Shown: positions 1 to 11,279, numbered from the stretch's first letter. The stretch: DNA of 64,000 nucleotides from an uncultured delta proteobacterium (GCA_963753975.1 CAVWEH010000005.1:731734-795733); one strand, 5' to 3'. Numbers and translations are program-made. Notes: generated by a model from the letters alone, not told the origin.

Positions 1-1
1 G

Positions 2-1702
2 GCCGAATTAAAAAAACAAAACATGAACGTGGATGTCCTCGCCACAGGCTGTTTGGGATTCTGCGAAAAAGGCCCCATGGTCGTTGTCTATCCCGACAAG
101 TATTTTTATCAGCAGGTAAAAGTCCAGGACGTGCCGGAAATCGTCTCCAAAACCGTGGCCAAAGGGGAAGTTATCAGCCGCCTGCTCTACCGCCATCCGG
201 AAACGAAAAAAACTTTGTTTCGGGAAGATGACTTGCCCTTTTACAAAAAGCAGCTTCGCGTAGTATTCGGCCAAAATGGCATGATTGATCCTACGCGGCT
301 CGATGATTATCTTGCCATCGACGGCTACCAGGCGCTGGGCAAAGCGCTTTCCGAAATGACACCTGAAGGCGTAATCAGCGAAGTGAAGAAGGCCGGCTTG
401 CGCGGCCGTGGCGGCGGAGGCTTTCCTGCGTCCGTCAAGTGGGAAGGAGTACGCAAGGCGCCAGGTGTTCCCAAATATGTCATCGCCAACGGAGACGAAG
501 GCGACCCCGGAGCCTATATGGACAGAAGCCTCATGGAAGGCAATCCCCACAGCATCATCGAAGGCATGATCATCGGTGCTTACGCCGTAGGCGCGCACGA
601 AGGTTATATCTACGTGAGAAACGAATACCCGCTGGCGGTGACGCATCTAACAATAGCGATTGCGGCTGCCAAGGAAATGGGGCTTTTAGGCAAAAACATT
701 TTAGGCACTGATTTTTCGTTTGATATTCATATTAGCAAAGGTGCAGGAGCATTTGTCTGTGGTGAATCCTCCGCGCTGTTTGCTTCGATAGAAGGCCGCG
801 CCGGTGAACCGCGCGCCAAATATGTCCACGCTGTGGAAAAAGGCCTGTGGGACAAACCCACAGTACTCAACAACGTGGAAACATGGGCCAACGTTCCTCT
901 AATCATCAATCGCGGAGCTGATTGGTATAATTCCATCGGTACGGAAAAAAGCAAGGGTACAAAAATATTTTCTCTTGTCGGTAAGATTAATAATACCGGC
1001 TTAGTCGAAGTTCCGATGGGCACAACGCTCTACGAAATCATTTACGACATGGGAGGCGGTATTACAAACGGCCGTAAGTTCAAAGCCGTGCAGACCGGTG
1101 GTCCTTCCGGCGGATGCATTCCGGAGAACCTGCTGGATATTCCCGTTGATTTCGATAAACTCGCCGAAGTCGGCTCCATGATGGGTTCCGGCGGTATGAT
1201 CGTCATGGACGACAGTTCCTGTATGGTCGATGTCGCCAGATACTTCCTCGCCTTTCTTAAGGAGGAATCCTGCGGCAAATGCGTGCCCTGCCGTGAAGGG
1301 GTTCGACGGATGAGTGATATTCTGGAAGATATCTGCGCGGGAAAGGGCAAAGAAGGGGATGTAGAGCTCTTGGAAACGATGTCGCGTGCCATCAGTGACG
1401 GTTCACTTTGTGCGTTAGGTGGCAGCGCCCCAAACCCGGTACTTAGCACTATTAAGTATTTCCGCGATGAATATGATGCCCACATCAAGAAAAAACGCTG
1501 TCCTGCCGGTGTCTGTAAGGCTCTTATCAAATACAGTATTAATCCCGAAAAGTGTACCGGTTGCGGCATGTGCGTCAAGGTATGTCCCACATCAGCCGCA
1601 AGCGGAGAAAAGAAGAAACCACATATTATTGATAATGAAAAGTGCATCAGATGCGGCGCCTGCATAGAGAGCTGCAAATTCGATGCAATAAAGATTGAAT
1701 AA
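2..1702 (+). CDS. nuoF: NuoF/HydB-type NADH-binding flavo-Fe-S subunit (probably 5'-partial at window edge)
   Basis: [52 protein letters not shown]-terminal 2x[4Fe-4S], N-terminal GCLGFC; frame is open upstream of the ATG at 23. Confidence 0.9.
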   Translation, partial: AELKKQNMNVDVLATGCLGFCEKGPMVVVYPDKYFYQQVKVQDVPEIVSKTVAKGEVISRLLYRHPETKKTLFREDDLPFYKKQLRVVFGQNGMIDPTRLDDYLAIDGYQALGKALSEMTPEGVISEVKKAGLRGRGGGGFPASVKWEGVRKAPGVPKYVIANGDEGDPGAYMDRSLMEGNPHSIIEGMIIGAYAVGAHEGYIYVRNEYPLAVTHLTIAIAAAKEMGLLGKNILGTDFSFDIHISKGAGAFVCGESSALFASIEGRAGEPRAKYVHAVEKGLWDKPTVLNNVETWANVPLIINRGADWYNSIGTEKSKGTKIFSLVGKINNTGLVEVPMGTTLYEIIYDMGGGITNGRKFKAVQTGGPSGGCIPENLLDIPVDFDKLAEVGSMMGSGGMIVMDDSSCMVDVARYFLAFLKEESCGKCVPCREGVRRMSDILEDICAGKGKEGDVELLETMSRAISDGSLCALGGSAPNPVLSTIKYFRDEYDAHIKKKRCPAGVCKALIKYSINPEKCTGCGMCVKVCPTSAASGEKKKPHIIDNEKCIRCGACIESCKFDAIKIE

Positions 1703-1718
1703 AGGCAGGGTATATACA

Positions 1719-2433
1719 ATGGTAAATTTGATTATTGATGACAAAAAAATAGCCGCTCAAAAAAACACGATGATCCTGGAAGCCGCCCGTGCCGCCGGAA
1801 TCGATATACCCACTCTTTGCGCTCATGAGTCGGTTTCCCGTTCGGGCGCCTGCAGACTTTGCGTGGTGGAAGTGAAAAAAGGGAAACAGGTCTAAGATCG
1901 TAACTTCTTGCCTTTATCCGGTGGAAGAAGACATTGTCGTGGAAACAAAAAGTGAGCGGGTCTTAAATGTACGCCGTTTGGTGCTGGAATTATTATTGGC
2001 CCGGAACCCGGAATCCGACGTCATTGCCGATTTGGCTAAAAAGCTCGGTGTAACGCCTCAGCCTCGATTTACTCCGGATACGGATAAAGGCAAATGCATT
2101 CTTTGCCGGTCCTGCGTGCGTGTCTGCGAAGAAGTTGTCGGTGTCAGCGCGATCGGATTATCTTGCCGCGGCTCAGAGAAGAAAGTCGGACCTCCTTATA
2201 ATGAGGAATCGGCAGTCTGCATCGGCTGCGGCGCCTGCGCCTTTATTTGTCCGACCGGTCATATCGAAATGGAGACAACCGGGGATAAGAGAATAATTTG
2301 GGGACGCACATTTAAAATGCAATCCTGTGACGTTTGCGGCCGCTATTTTGCACCCGTTGATCAGCTAAAATACATTAGTAAGATAACCGGCGTTCCGTTC
2401 AAAGAACTGGCAATTTGCATGGATTGCCGCTGA
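1719..2433 (+). CDS. NuoG-N-like Fe-S protein ([2Fe-2S]+2x[4Fe-4S]), no catalytic domain; one frameshift near 1887
   Basis: IPTLC..GACRLC continues in a shifted frame as SKIVTSCLYPVEE; CILCRSCVRVC, CIGCGACAFICP, C-terminal CDVC/CMDC. Confidence 0.85.
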
Positions 2434-2501
2434 CTTTTTTTGTAATTTCCTGTAGATTAGTCAAATGGTTTCCGCGGCGGCGGATAGGGAAGCCAATTCC
2501 C

Positions 2502-2669
2502 CCAAAGGCTACTCCATCTGTAACGTATATGGACGAAATAGAGTTTATGCCCACCGACAAAAATATCCTCTTTGGTTATTAGTTTAAGCCGATTGCGGGT
2601 AAGGCACCGATCATTGGACCGATTATTGCGATCCGGTGGAGATAGCCGCCTGCGTTGATACGGATTCTG
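2502..2669 (+). pseudogene. Decayed fragment of a second CstA-family gene
   Basis: Manual translation PKATPSVTYMDEIEFMPTDKNILFGY*FKPIAGKAPIIGPIIAIRWR*PPALIRIL aligns with the N-terminus of the adjacent CstA; two in-frame TAG. Confidence 0.75.
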
Positions 2670-2826
2670 TATGAATTGTTAGCGCAGGGAGAGAAACTAC
2701 ATTGATGATATCGATAGAAGAGAGAGGCACGCGGTATTCTGATCAGAAGTATGGCCTGCAGAGAGTTTTTCCTTGACAGGCTGATGATAGTGTTATGTGA
2801 AATAAATTTTTCAAAAGGAAAATCGT

Positions 2827-4653
2827 ATGAGCTCATTGTATTTGCTGATTGGTGCATTATGCGTCTTTGCTTTAGCTTACCGCTACTACGCGGCATTCAT
2901 CGCGACTAAGGTACTGATGCTGGATGACCGTAATGTCGCACCGTCCATCTCCTGTAACGACGGCCAGAATTTCGTCCCCACCAACAAGTGGGTTGTCTTC
3001 GGCCATCATTTTGCCGCCATCGCCGGAGCGGGCCCTCTGATCGGACCGGTCCTGGCCGCCCAGTACGGCTGGGGTCCCGGTTTTTTCTGGATTCTGCTGG
3101 GCAGTGTCTTTGCCGGTTGCTGTCCATGACATGATCATTCTTTTTGCCTCCTACCGTCACAAAGGCCAGTCTCTGTCCGTCATTGCCGAAAGAGACGTCA
3201 GCAAGCTCACCGGCGGTGTCACGGCAGTCGTCATCCTCTTCATCATTATCGTCGCCCTGGCCGGTCTCGGCGTGGCCGTGGTGAACGCCCTGTTTAACAA
3301 TCCCTGGGGCGTCTTTTCCATCGCCATGACGATTCCCATTGCCATGGCCGTCGGCATTTACATGTTCAAGATCAGACCCGGGGCGATCCTTTCCGGATCC
3401 ATCGCCGGATTTATTCTGGTCTGCGCCGCCGTTTTCCTGGGGCCCTATATTGCAGACTCCAGTTATGCCGCCTGGTTTACCTTCAGTAAAGAACGAGGTG
3501 TCCGTCATCTTGCCTCTTTACGGCTTCCTGTGCGGCGTCGATTCCCGTCTGGCTCCTCCTCGCCCCCCGGGACTATCTCAGCACCTTCATGAAGATCGGC
3601 GTCATCGCCGCCCTGGCGGTTGGCCTGTTCTTCGTGAATCCCAGTGATCAAGATGCCCTTCACCACCCAGTTCATGGACGGCGGCGGACCCATCATCCCC
3701 GGTCCCTGGTGGCCCTATGTGTTCATTACCATCGCCTGCGGCGCCATTTCCGGATTCCACGCCCTGATCGGCTCCGGAACAACGCCAAAGATGATCGAAC
3801 ATGAAACGGAGATTACCATGATCGGCTACGGCGCCATGCTGACCGAAGCTTTGGTCAGCGTCATGGCCCTGCTCTCCGCCGTCACCCTCAATCCGAGCGA
3901 CTATTTCGCCATCAATACCTCCGCGGCTGTCTATGCGAAAATTGAAAATGACGGTTGTCGATCTGCCTGTCCTCAATCAGCTGGTCGGGCTGGATGTAGC
4001 CCATCGTCCGGGCGGCGCCATTTCCCTGGCCGTGGGCATGGCCCATGTCTTTGCCAATATCGGCGAGGGTCTGCGGCACACGATGAAGTACTGGTTCCAG
4101 TTCATCATCATGTTCGAGGCGCTGTTTATCCTGACGACCATCGACGCCGGTACCCGCGTGGCCCGCTACATCCTCCAGGACATCCTCGGTTATGTCTATA
4201 AACCCCTCGAGCCGGAAAGACTGGATTCCCGGTTCTATTTTAACCAGCGCTCTCGTTTCCCTGGCCTGGGGATACCTGCTCTATACAGGCGACATTTCTT
4301 CCATCTGGCCCATGTTCGGCGCCACGAACCAGACACTGGCCTCCCTGGCCCTGGCAATCGGGACCACTATCATCCTCAGGATCTCCGCGAAGAAAATCTA
4401 CGCTCTGATTACGTTTATTCCTTGCGTCTTTGTCACAGTCACCACTTTTGCGGCAGGGATCATGAACGTCCAGACCTACCTGGCAAAAAATCAGCTGCTG
4501 AATGCCTGGCTGAGTATCGGGATCATCGCTTTGGTGGTCATCATCATTGTGGAAAACATTCGTGTCTGGCTACGGCTTCTCCGGACAAAACAATCTGCCG
4601 GCATGAATGACGGTCGGGAAGTGGTTTATTCGAATGAGGGGATAAAATCTTAA
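2827..4653 (+). CDS. cstA: Carbon starvation protein A family peptide/pyruvate transporter; split by several single-base frameshifts
   Basis: [63 protein letters not shown] across successive ORFs. Confidence 0.9.
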
Positions 4654-4729
4654 TCTAAGGGGTGTAACAGCTAGCCGTCAGTTGGCCAGCACGTCCCCTA
4701 TAATTAACAAAGCTATATAAATGATTGTA

Positions 4730-4758
4730 TTGACAAGCAATCAGGCTTTTGTTAAAAT
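4730..4758 (+). promoter_or_regulatory. Sigma70-type promoter
   Basis: TTGACA-17nt-TAAAAT with extended TG, ~40 nt upstream of ATG 4800. Confidence 0.65.
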
Positions 4759-4799
4759 TAAATGTATCTGTTGAAACAAATAATGATGGGGGGTACATT

Positions 4800-5180
4800 A
4801 TGCCTTTAGTCAAACCGGAATTTATTGAATATAATGGGAAAAAAATTCTTCACTTGAATTTTGTCAATATGGCCAAGCAGGATATACCCGTTTTTTTGGA
4901 GGAAGCAAAAAAATTAGTCCTGCCCAATCCTCCCGGTTCGGTTCTCTTTTTAGCCAATGTATATAAAATGAGCTTTGATAAAGCGACGGTTAAAAATTTT
5001 GTGGAATTTTTTAAATCTAACAGGCCATTTGTGAAAAGAACAGCCGTAATCGGTTTGGATTCTATAAAGAAAATGTTGTATGAAGCCTCTCTCGTTCTTT
5101 CCGGCAGAAAATCTGAAAATACCAGAGTATTTGACGGTCCTAATGCTGAATCAAAAGCGAAAGACTGGCTGATAATGTAA
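4800..5180 (+). CDS. Hypothetical protein (STAS/SEC14-like small domain)
   Basis: 126 aa ORF with GGGGG RBS and promoter; IEYNGKKILHLNF..FVKRTAVIG pattern. Confidence 0.7.
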   Translation: MPLVKPEFIEYNGKKILHLNFVNMAKQDIPVFLEEAKKLVLPNPPGSVLFLANVYKMSFDKATVKNFVEFFKSNRPFVKRTAVIGLDSIKKMLYEASLVLSGRKSENTRVFDGPNAESKAKDWLIM

Positions 5181-5304
5181 TCCAGAACTTCCCTTCAGAT
5201 AATATACATCCATGAAGCGTTTTTGCAAAAAAACGCCCCCTAGCTGTTACTGCTGCACAGGAAAAACATCCGTTTTATAACTACTGCTGATTAGACGGTA
5301 CACA

Positions 5305-5511
5305 CTACTTTCTATAAAGCGTCACCGCGCCCAACACGGTGCAGACAGCTCCGGCAATCAAAAAGATCATAGTTTCATTTGATGATGATCCGGTGAAAGT
5401 TCTGACGAGTTTATTGCCGAACGCGCCATAAAGATTAATGCCCCAGAGGAGAAGGCCGATACCCACGACCAGCAGGATTATGCCTATTTTACTGGAATTA
5501 TTTTTTGCCAT
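5305..5511 (-). CDS. Small membrane protein (DUF3185-like)
   Basis: Two hydrophobic helices around RTFTGS; GGAGG RBS. Confidence 0.7.
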   Translation of the reverse strand: MAKNNSSKIGIILLVVGIGLLLWGINLYGAFGNKLVRTFTGSSSNETMIFLIAGAVCTVLGAVTLYRK

Positions 5512-5742
5512 GTGATCCCTCCTATGTTAATTAATCATGGATAAAAACTCAACAGCTGACCTTTTTAGTTTCCAAATAGGCTGGTTGCAGAAGCTCCAAT
5601 TTTTTGTTTTTACAGTTACGTTGCAAGCTAACTTTATCGTATCCCAGTGACTTTTTTTGCCGTGGTTCGGTAATTCTGTTTCCATTTGAAGAAATTACTA
5701 CTGGAGTAAGAGCAGCAAGAGGAATAATCGGTCGTAAAAAAG

Positions 5743-5952
5743 CTATTTAGGGTTATATTTAAAAGATACTCTCAATTTTGCCCGATATTCGACAACTTTG
5801 CCTTTTTCGATTCTCATATCAAGATCTTTTACTTCGGCGACTCTCAAGTCCTCCAGGCTTTGCGCCGACAATTCAACAGCTTTTTTGGCTGCATCTTCCC
5901 ATGATTTTTCGCTACTGCCGATAATTTCAATCACCTTATAAATGCTGCTCAT
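5743..5952 (-). CDS. Dodecin family flavin-binding protein
   Basis: YKVIEIIGSS..SWEDAA..LRVAEV..YRAKLRVSFKY. Confidence 0.9.
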   Translation of the reverse strand: MSSIYKVIEIIGSSEKSWEDAAKKAVELSAQSLEDLRVAEVKDLDMRIEKGKVVEYRAKLRVSFKYNPK

Positions 5953-6031
5953 AAATGTCTCCTTTCTTTTTGCATTGAATTCAAAATAATTAATTACTTA
6001 ATAACCCGATTTCTCCCGATACTTGGCAGAA

Positions 6032-6060
6032 AGTATAAGAAGAATGGCTTCGCAAGTCAA
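6032..6060 (-). promoter_or_regulatory. Sigma70 promoter of dodecin (member of a 3-copy promoter family)
   Basis: Minus strand TTGACT-17nt-TATACT. Confidence 0.7.
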
Positions 6061-6289
6061 TGAAAAAAAGGCCATCCAACATATTGAAAATATTCAAGAA
6101 AATTGTTTCCATAGGCGGAATTACCATCGATTGTTTACATTGAGCCGTCCAGCTCATCGGCCGCCGGGGACTTGCAGTGCCGGCAACGCTGCGCTCCTCT
6201 ATACAGGGGCTTGCAGCGGAAAAAGTAATACCTTCCATATCACTTATTCCTTGATGGTTTAGGGAAATTACCGCCTGCAAACATTTTTT

Positions 6290-6595
6290 CTATTTCTTTT
6301 CCTTAATACCGGCCAGATCCTCGTAGATATCGATAACCGGAGAACCGTCGAGCAGGGGGCCGATCTTTCCGAAAAGCTCCGTGAAATAAGGGGTTGAGCT
6401 GTGTTCTTTCAGCGCTTCCTTATCCTGATACTTTTCATAGAAGAGAAACTTTCCCGGCTCTTTTTTCGCCCGGTGAAGGGTGTAGGCGAGAGTGCCTTTT
6501 TCCGCTTCCACCTTGGGGATTATCTCTCTCAGCGTCTTTTCCATCTCCTGCTCCATTCCCGTCTTTGCCTTCATGACTGCAACAACTACCAGCAT
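6290..6595 (-). CDS. ABM/putative quinol monooxygenase
   Basis: EKGTLAYTLHR..FLFYEKYQDKEALKEHSSTPYF motif. Confidence 0.85.
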   Translation of the reverse strand: MLVVVAVMKAKTGMEQEMEKTLREIIPKVEAEKGTLAYTLHRAKKEPGKFLFYEKYQDKEALKEHSSTPYFTELFGKIGPLLDGSPVIDIYEDLAGIKEKK

Positions 6596-6705
6596 TTTTG
6601 CCTCCTTAAATTAGCCTGTTTGAACTCCCATCGCCAACACTGACTTATACACCTTCATCCAAAAGCGATAGAATTTGTATCTGCTAAGATTGTTTACTGA
6701 AAAGA

Positions 6706-6734
6706 AGTATAAGAAGGACGAACTTGCCTGTCAA
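6706..6734 (-). promoter_or_regulatory. Sigma70 promoter of ABM gene (3-copy family)
   Basis: Minus strand TTGACA-17nt-TATACT. Confidence 0.7.
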
Positions 6735-6938
6735 TGAAATTGTGGCCGCAATAAGTGGTGAATTGCTTCATTGACATCATTGATGATTAATTTTGCGCCT
6801 TCCTCGGCACAGCGCAAAGAAAACGAACGCGCTCATCACCTTGTCTTTTAATTGACCGTCTCTTCAGTATTGTTCCTCTATAATAACTATGATATGTTAT
6901 ATTCCACGCTAATAAAAAGTCCGAGAAAGGGATAGAAA

Positions 6939-7733
6939 ATGAATCTCTCACAGTTTTCTCTGGAAGGGAAGGTAGCCCTGATAACCGGCGGGAGCCGCGG
7001 CATAGGACGGGCCAGCGCTTTAGCGCTGGCCGACGCCGGCGCCAATGTTGTGGTGAGCAGTCGAAAAATAGCCGATCTCGAACCGGTGGCTGACGAAATA
7101 AGAGCCAAGGGCGTCAAATCGATGGCGATAGCGGCCCACAATGCCAGGATGGAAGACTCCCGGACATTGATCGAACAGGTCATAAAAGCATTCGGGAAAA
7201 TAGATATTCTCATGAACAACGCGGGAACGAACCCCTACTATGGCCCGCTCATGGACCAGGATGAAAAGACTTATGACATAACTATGAATGTCAATCTGAA
7301 AGGTCTTTTCTTTCTGAGTCAGCTCGCGGCTCGAACCATGAAGGCTGAGGGCGGAGGATGCATTATCAATACATCGTCTATCGGCGGTTTGAGGGCCGGT
7401 GAGCTGGGCGTGTATTCCGTCACCAAGGCCGCCGTTATTATGCTCACCCAGGTTATGGCCAAGGAGTGGGGACAGTACAATATCAGAGTGAATGCCATTG
7501 CACCGGGGATTATCAAGACACGTCTCAGCGAGGCTCTGTGGAAAGACCCGAAGGTTAACGCGAAAGCGATTGCCCAGATTCCCATGATGCGGCTCGGCGA
7601 ACCGGAAGAAATCGCGGGTGCGGTCGTGTTTCTGGCCTCTAAAGCAGGAAGCTACATCACGGGAGAAACGCTCGTGATCGACGGCGGCCGCGTCCACGGC
7701 GAGCCGGCGCATTTGAAAAAGCAACAATCTTGA
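6939..7733 (+). CDS. Short-chain dehydrogenase/reductase
   Basis: TGGSRGIG, NNAG, YSVTK. Confidence 0.92.
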   Translation: MNLSQFSLEGKVALITGGSRGIGRASALALADAGANVVVSSRKIADLEPVADEIRAKGVKSMAIAAHNARMEDSRTLIEQVIKAFGKIDILMNNAGTNPYYGPLMDQDEKTYDITMNVNLKGLFFLSQLAARTMKAEGGGCIINTSSIGGLRAGELGVYSVTKAAVIMLTQVMAKEWGQYNIRVNAIAPGIIKTRLSEALWKDPKVNAKAIAQIPMMRLGEPEEIAGAVVFLASKAGSYITGETLVIDGGRVHGEPAHLKKQQS

Positions 7734-7769
7734 TATAGATGTTATAATTTTTGGAAAGGAGAAATTGTT

Positions 7770-8075
7770 ATGCCAGTGAAAAAAACGGTCCAGAACATTT
7801 TCGATATGGGAATTGAGCTTTCCAAGAAAACGTATGAAAAAGCGAAGGAATTGGGAGAAATAGGGCTTATTCAGGTGGAAATTATAATGCTACAACACAA
7901 GATGGCGAAAAAAATCGGCCAGCTCGGAACACTAACATATAATCACTTATTAAAAGAAAAAGCGGTTCTACGAAAAGATACCAAAGGAGTGCCCGCCATA
8001 TTGAAAGAACTAAAGGCTACAGAACAAAAAATTAAGCAAAAAGAAAAGGAATTGAAAAATAAGAATGTTAAATAA
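7770..8075 (+). CDS. Hypothetical basic coiled-coil protein
   Basis: 101 aa ORF with AAGGAG RBS. Confidence 0.7.
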   Translation: MPVKKTVQNIFDMGIELSKKTYEKAKELGEIGLIQVEIIMLQHKMAKKIGQLGTLTYNHLLKEKAVLRKDTKGVPAILKELKATEQKIKQKEKELKNKNVK

Positions 8076-8100
8076 TATTCGGCCGGGTTTTATTTTTCCA

Positions 8101-8157
8101 GCACCGGATTGCCACGCTCTGTGCCGGGCGGATGCCGGGTGAGCGGCAATCCGGTGC
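8101..8157. terminator. Long hairpin between convergent genes
   Basis: GCACCGGATTGCC(A)CGCTC ... GAGCGGCAATCCGGTGC inverted repeat. Confidence 0.5.
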
Positions 8158-8292
8158 CTTCTTGAGCCGTTTCAAAAAAATCCGACTGAATTTGAGAGGT
8201 AATGCAAAGAAATATATCCGAACCTTACCCACTCTTTTTCATTTTTCCAATTTCAAGTTTCAACGTTATAAATCGCAGCTATGAGCGTTTGA

Positions 8293-8832
8293 TCATTGAG
8301 CCCCTTGTCCGGCAACAAACCCTTTGGAGGGCGGCCCCGTGTCAGCCGGTGTGCCCGCAATCTGGGCAAGGTAGGCGGCGCCCAGTCTCTTGATGTGATC
8401 GCTCACGTTGTCGAAATAATTGAAGTGGATCTGTTCCTCGTCGGTGATGGTCTCAAAAAGCTTCATGCTGATGCTGTCGCCGTTTTCCCGGCAAACAAGA
8501 AGGAACTGATTGTAGGCGGCGATGGTATCGTCTTCCAGTTTTGCATCAAAGGGAAAAACGACTTCAATCTTCTGTGCCTTTTCGACCTGGCCGTCGAACC
8601 CGGCGGCCGGTTCGCCGTTCAGTTCCTTGATACGCTCCGCAAACATTTCCGCGTGGCGCATCTCGTCAATCGCGATGAGCTTCACTTTGGCCGCCAGATC
8701 GCCGTAATCCATATCGGCAAGGTTATAATGCTGATTCATGTATTGGTAAATGGCCAAAAGCTCCATAGACCTCGCTTTGTTCAAAACCTCAATAACCTTT
8801 TCTTTTTTCTGTGCGCTCGAAGTTTTTTCCAT
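8293..8832 (-). CDS. bfr: Bacterioferritin
   Basis: Ferroxidase/heme motifs MELLAIYQY, IDEMRHAE, LEDDTI, DEEQIH. Confidence 0.92.
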   Translation of the reverse strand: MEKTSSAQKKEKVIEVLNKARSMELLAIYQYMNQHYNLADMDYGDLAAKVKLIAIDEMRHAEMFAERIKELNGEPAAGFDGQVEKAQKIEVVFPFDAKLEDDTIAAYNQFLLVCRENGDSISMKLFETITDEEQIHFNYFDNVSDHIKRLGAAYLAQIAGTPADTGPPSKGFVAGQGAQ

Positions 8833-8875
8833 ATAAAACCTCCCTTAGTTAAACATAGACTTGTACTGGAAAAGT

Positions 8876-8890
8876 TGATAATTATTATAT
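8876..8890. promoter_or_regulatory. Putative Fur/PerR box upstream of bfr
   Basis: TGATAAT-T-ATTATAT, 12/14 match to the 7-1-7 TGATAATnATTATCA. Confidence 0.45.
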
Positions 8891-9127
8891 TCATTCTTGA
8901 GCCGATTTACCATAGCGCAAAACAATTTCTCTTTCTACATTTTCTTAATGTGCCGAGAGGGGGAAGCCGGTTTTTGAACTGGCCTGTTTTCGTTTCTTAA
9001 CGAACAACGGGAGAGACAGAGCAGGCAAGGCTTTTCATTAGACTATCTCTGATTAGTTACAGCCAACGTCAATTTACTTTCTTAACAGTATTTCCCAAAT
9101 TACTCACATGAAGAAATAACTGATTAA

Positions 9128-10307
9128 TTAATAACCCAAAACGACTTTTTTCCCCAACAAGGATGACTTGCCCAGGGTAATCTTAAAATATTCCAGCATC
9201 AATTCTTCAATGATTTGTTCTTTAGGGGTGTTGGCATAGGAGTCTTGTTTTTTTATTTCGTTTATTTCTATTTTACCGCTCAGAACGGCCAGGGATTGTC
9301 GAGCCTGCTGCAAGGCGGTATATCTTTCAACTAAATCATTTTGTGGTAAGGCTGAAAGCCGTTGATAAGTCGAGACTATCTGATTTGGCGCGGGCAAGTT
9401 TGGCGATTCCAGGATTGTTTTTGAATTTTTGGCATATCGTTTCATTCCCTTGATGATATGCCTCGTCTGGACAAAATTGATCCCGGACCAGCCAGCCCGA
9501 ATCCATTGAAAAATTCCGGTTCTGACCATGGACGGCGAAGAGCCGGACTCGACATGAACTACCACCGAAAAATAGTCATAGATGTAGGATTTAACCCAGC
9601 CCAGGCCTGCTTTGGCCGAGCCGGGTTCGCCCGAATAATAGTAATTCCAATCGTCATCATTCCCCAGAATGACGCCCTTTTTACCGACGTCGGATATATC
9701 AATCTGTTTGGAAATGGAAATAAGCACCTGCCGTCCTTTATGATTGAGAAGGATGAGCGTTCTTTTCAGATTGTATTCATAGTAGACGCCGGTGGTGAGG
9801 TCCGGAGTGATTGCCGTCGCGTTGTAATCCGCGAATGATGACAGGCTTGACCATCCGGTGGGACCAATTTCCATCTGCCGGGCATTTTTTGTGATTCCCC
9901 TCGGAGGCCGGTCCATAGGGAATAGCGCAGAGAAGACGGGACTTGTGAGAACCGATGGAATTTGTTGACTATAGGAGTATTGCAGAAAACTGCACGAAGT
10001 TGATTCTGGTATCGAATTCATAATAGGCACCGGAGGCTTCCTGGAGTTTGGGGAGATCGGCTTCCTCATTGGACTTAGGCCCGAGAACGTAATCCACGAG
10101 GACAGCGACGGCCTGGGCATCGAGCCCAACTTTAGGATCAGCGCAGAACTGCACAAGTTTCATTGCCGCAGCGGGGATGGGGCTGGAACTGTCCGCGAGA
10201 GAAAGGGCCAGAGCCGGTTGATGCTGAAATATTGTCAGTAGTGAAATCATCAAGGCTGTCGACAGCCAGCGGAAGCCGGAGGAGAGGTTTGTTGTTTTTA
10301 TTTTCAT
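9128..10307 (-). CDS. Conserved hypothetical exported protein; one frameshift near 9990
   Basis: Signal-peptide ORF 9969-10307 overlaps and continues into ORF 9128-10156. Confidence 0.7.
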
Positions 10308-10517
10308 CGTCTGCCTTGCTTAGTCGAGTACGCCGGTCTTTCCCAATACTGTATGTTTAATTGCACCGTCCGGCACCCGGCGATGCCGCAGTATTTCCAT
10401 CATCTATCTGTTGCCGCTGGTTATCTACTACAGGACTGCAGACGACCGCATTTGCCTATTCCATATCATACTTATGGAGTAAATACCATCAATAATAGCC
10501 TGTCTGAAAAACTCTTA

Positions 10518-11279
10518 TTATTCCAATCGGTAAGGCTCAGCGGCATCAGGCCAGTCAAATAATACGGCAGCATTAGAAGTAATATCTCGAAGAATAAAAA
10601 TATAGGAATCAATATTTTCCGCGGCATCCATTATGGGTTGAACATTTAGAGAGAATATGCCCGGTTTGCCCATATCGTGGCTTTTTACAATAAAATAGTT
10701 GCTGGTTTGATAAGGATATACATCTTTTTTAAACATTGTTTTTAGATGGGTTAAAAGATTTCCCGGGTCTTCTTTAATTCCTAAAAAATCTTTTGCCTTA
10801 AAATTGGTAACAATAGGCGTAAAGGTAGTGTCAGTAATTATTATTCCCTCGTCCAGTCTATCAACGATATTCAATAATTTACGTTTTTCAAATGTTTGAT
10901 TTCTTAAAGAAGAGAGTTTAATTTGAGACTCTATTTTAGCGACCAGTTCATCGACATCAAAAGGTTTGCTGATGAAATCATCAGCGCCTAATTGCAGGCC
11001 TTTAAGCCGATTTTCCTTATCAGCCAAGGCTGTAATGATAATGACAGGTAAAGACTGCAGTTTCTTATTCCCGCGAATGTTTTTCAAAACATCAAAACCG
11101 GATATTCCCGGCATCATAATGTCCAACAAAACTAAATCCACTGACGCATTTTTCAATATTTCCAGGGCATCTTCCCCATTTTCCGCTTTTAAAACATTAT
11201 ACCCTTTATATTTGAGAAGCCCAAAATAGAATTCTCTATTCATTTTTTCATCATCGATAGCCAGAATAGTTTCTCCCAT
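10518..11279 (-). CDS. Response regulator (REC + PAS-like, no output domain)
   Basis: ILAIDD, LLDIMMPGISG, GADDFISKPF; C-terminal GIIITD..FILRDIT. Confidence 0.85.
   Translation of the reverse strand: MGETILAIDDEKMNREFYFGLLKYKGYNVLKAENGEDALEILKNASVDLVLLDIMMPGISGFDVLKNIRGNKKLQSLPVIIITALADKENRLKGLQLGADDFISKPFDVDELVAKIESQIKLSSLRNQTFEKRKLLNIVDRLDEGIIITDTTFTPIVTNFKAKDFLGIKEDPGNLLTHLKTMFKKDVYPYQTSNYFIVKSHDMGKPGIFSLNVQPIMDAAENIDSYIFILRDITSNAAVLFDWPDAAEPYRLE

Noticed and set aside
8..646. Long antisense/alternate-frame ORFs (e.g. 8-646, 1042-1719, 7020-7727, 53202-54125, 54777-55712)
   Set aside because: They shadow well-supported genes on the opposite strand and show no recognisable motifs.
4664..5250. 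11-bp inverted repeat GTAACAGCTAG/CTAGCTGTTAC flanking the 4800-5180 gene
   Set aside because: Short enough to occur by chance; no target duplication or recombinase.
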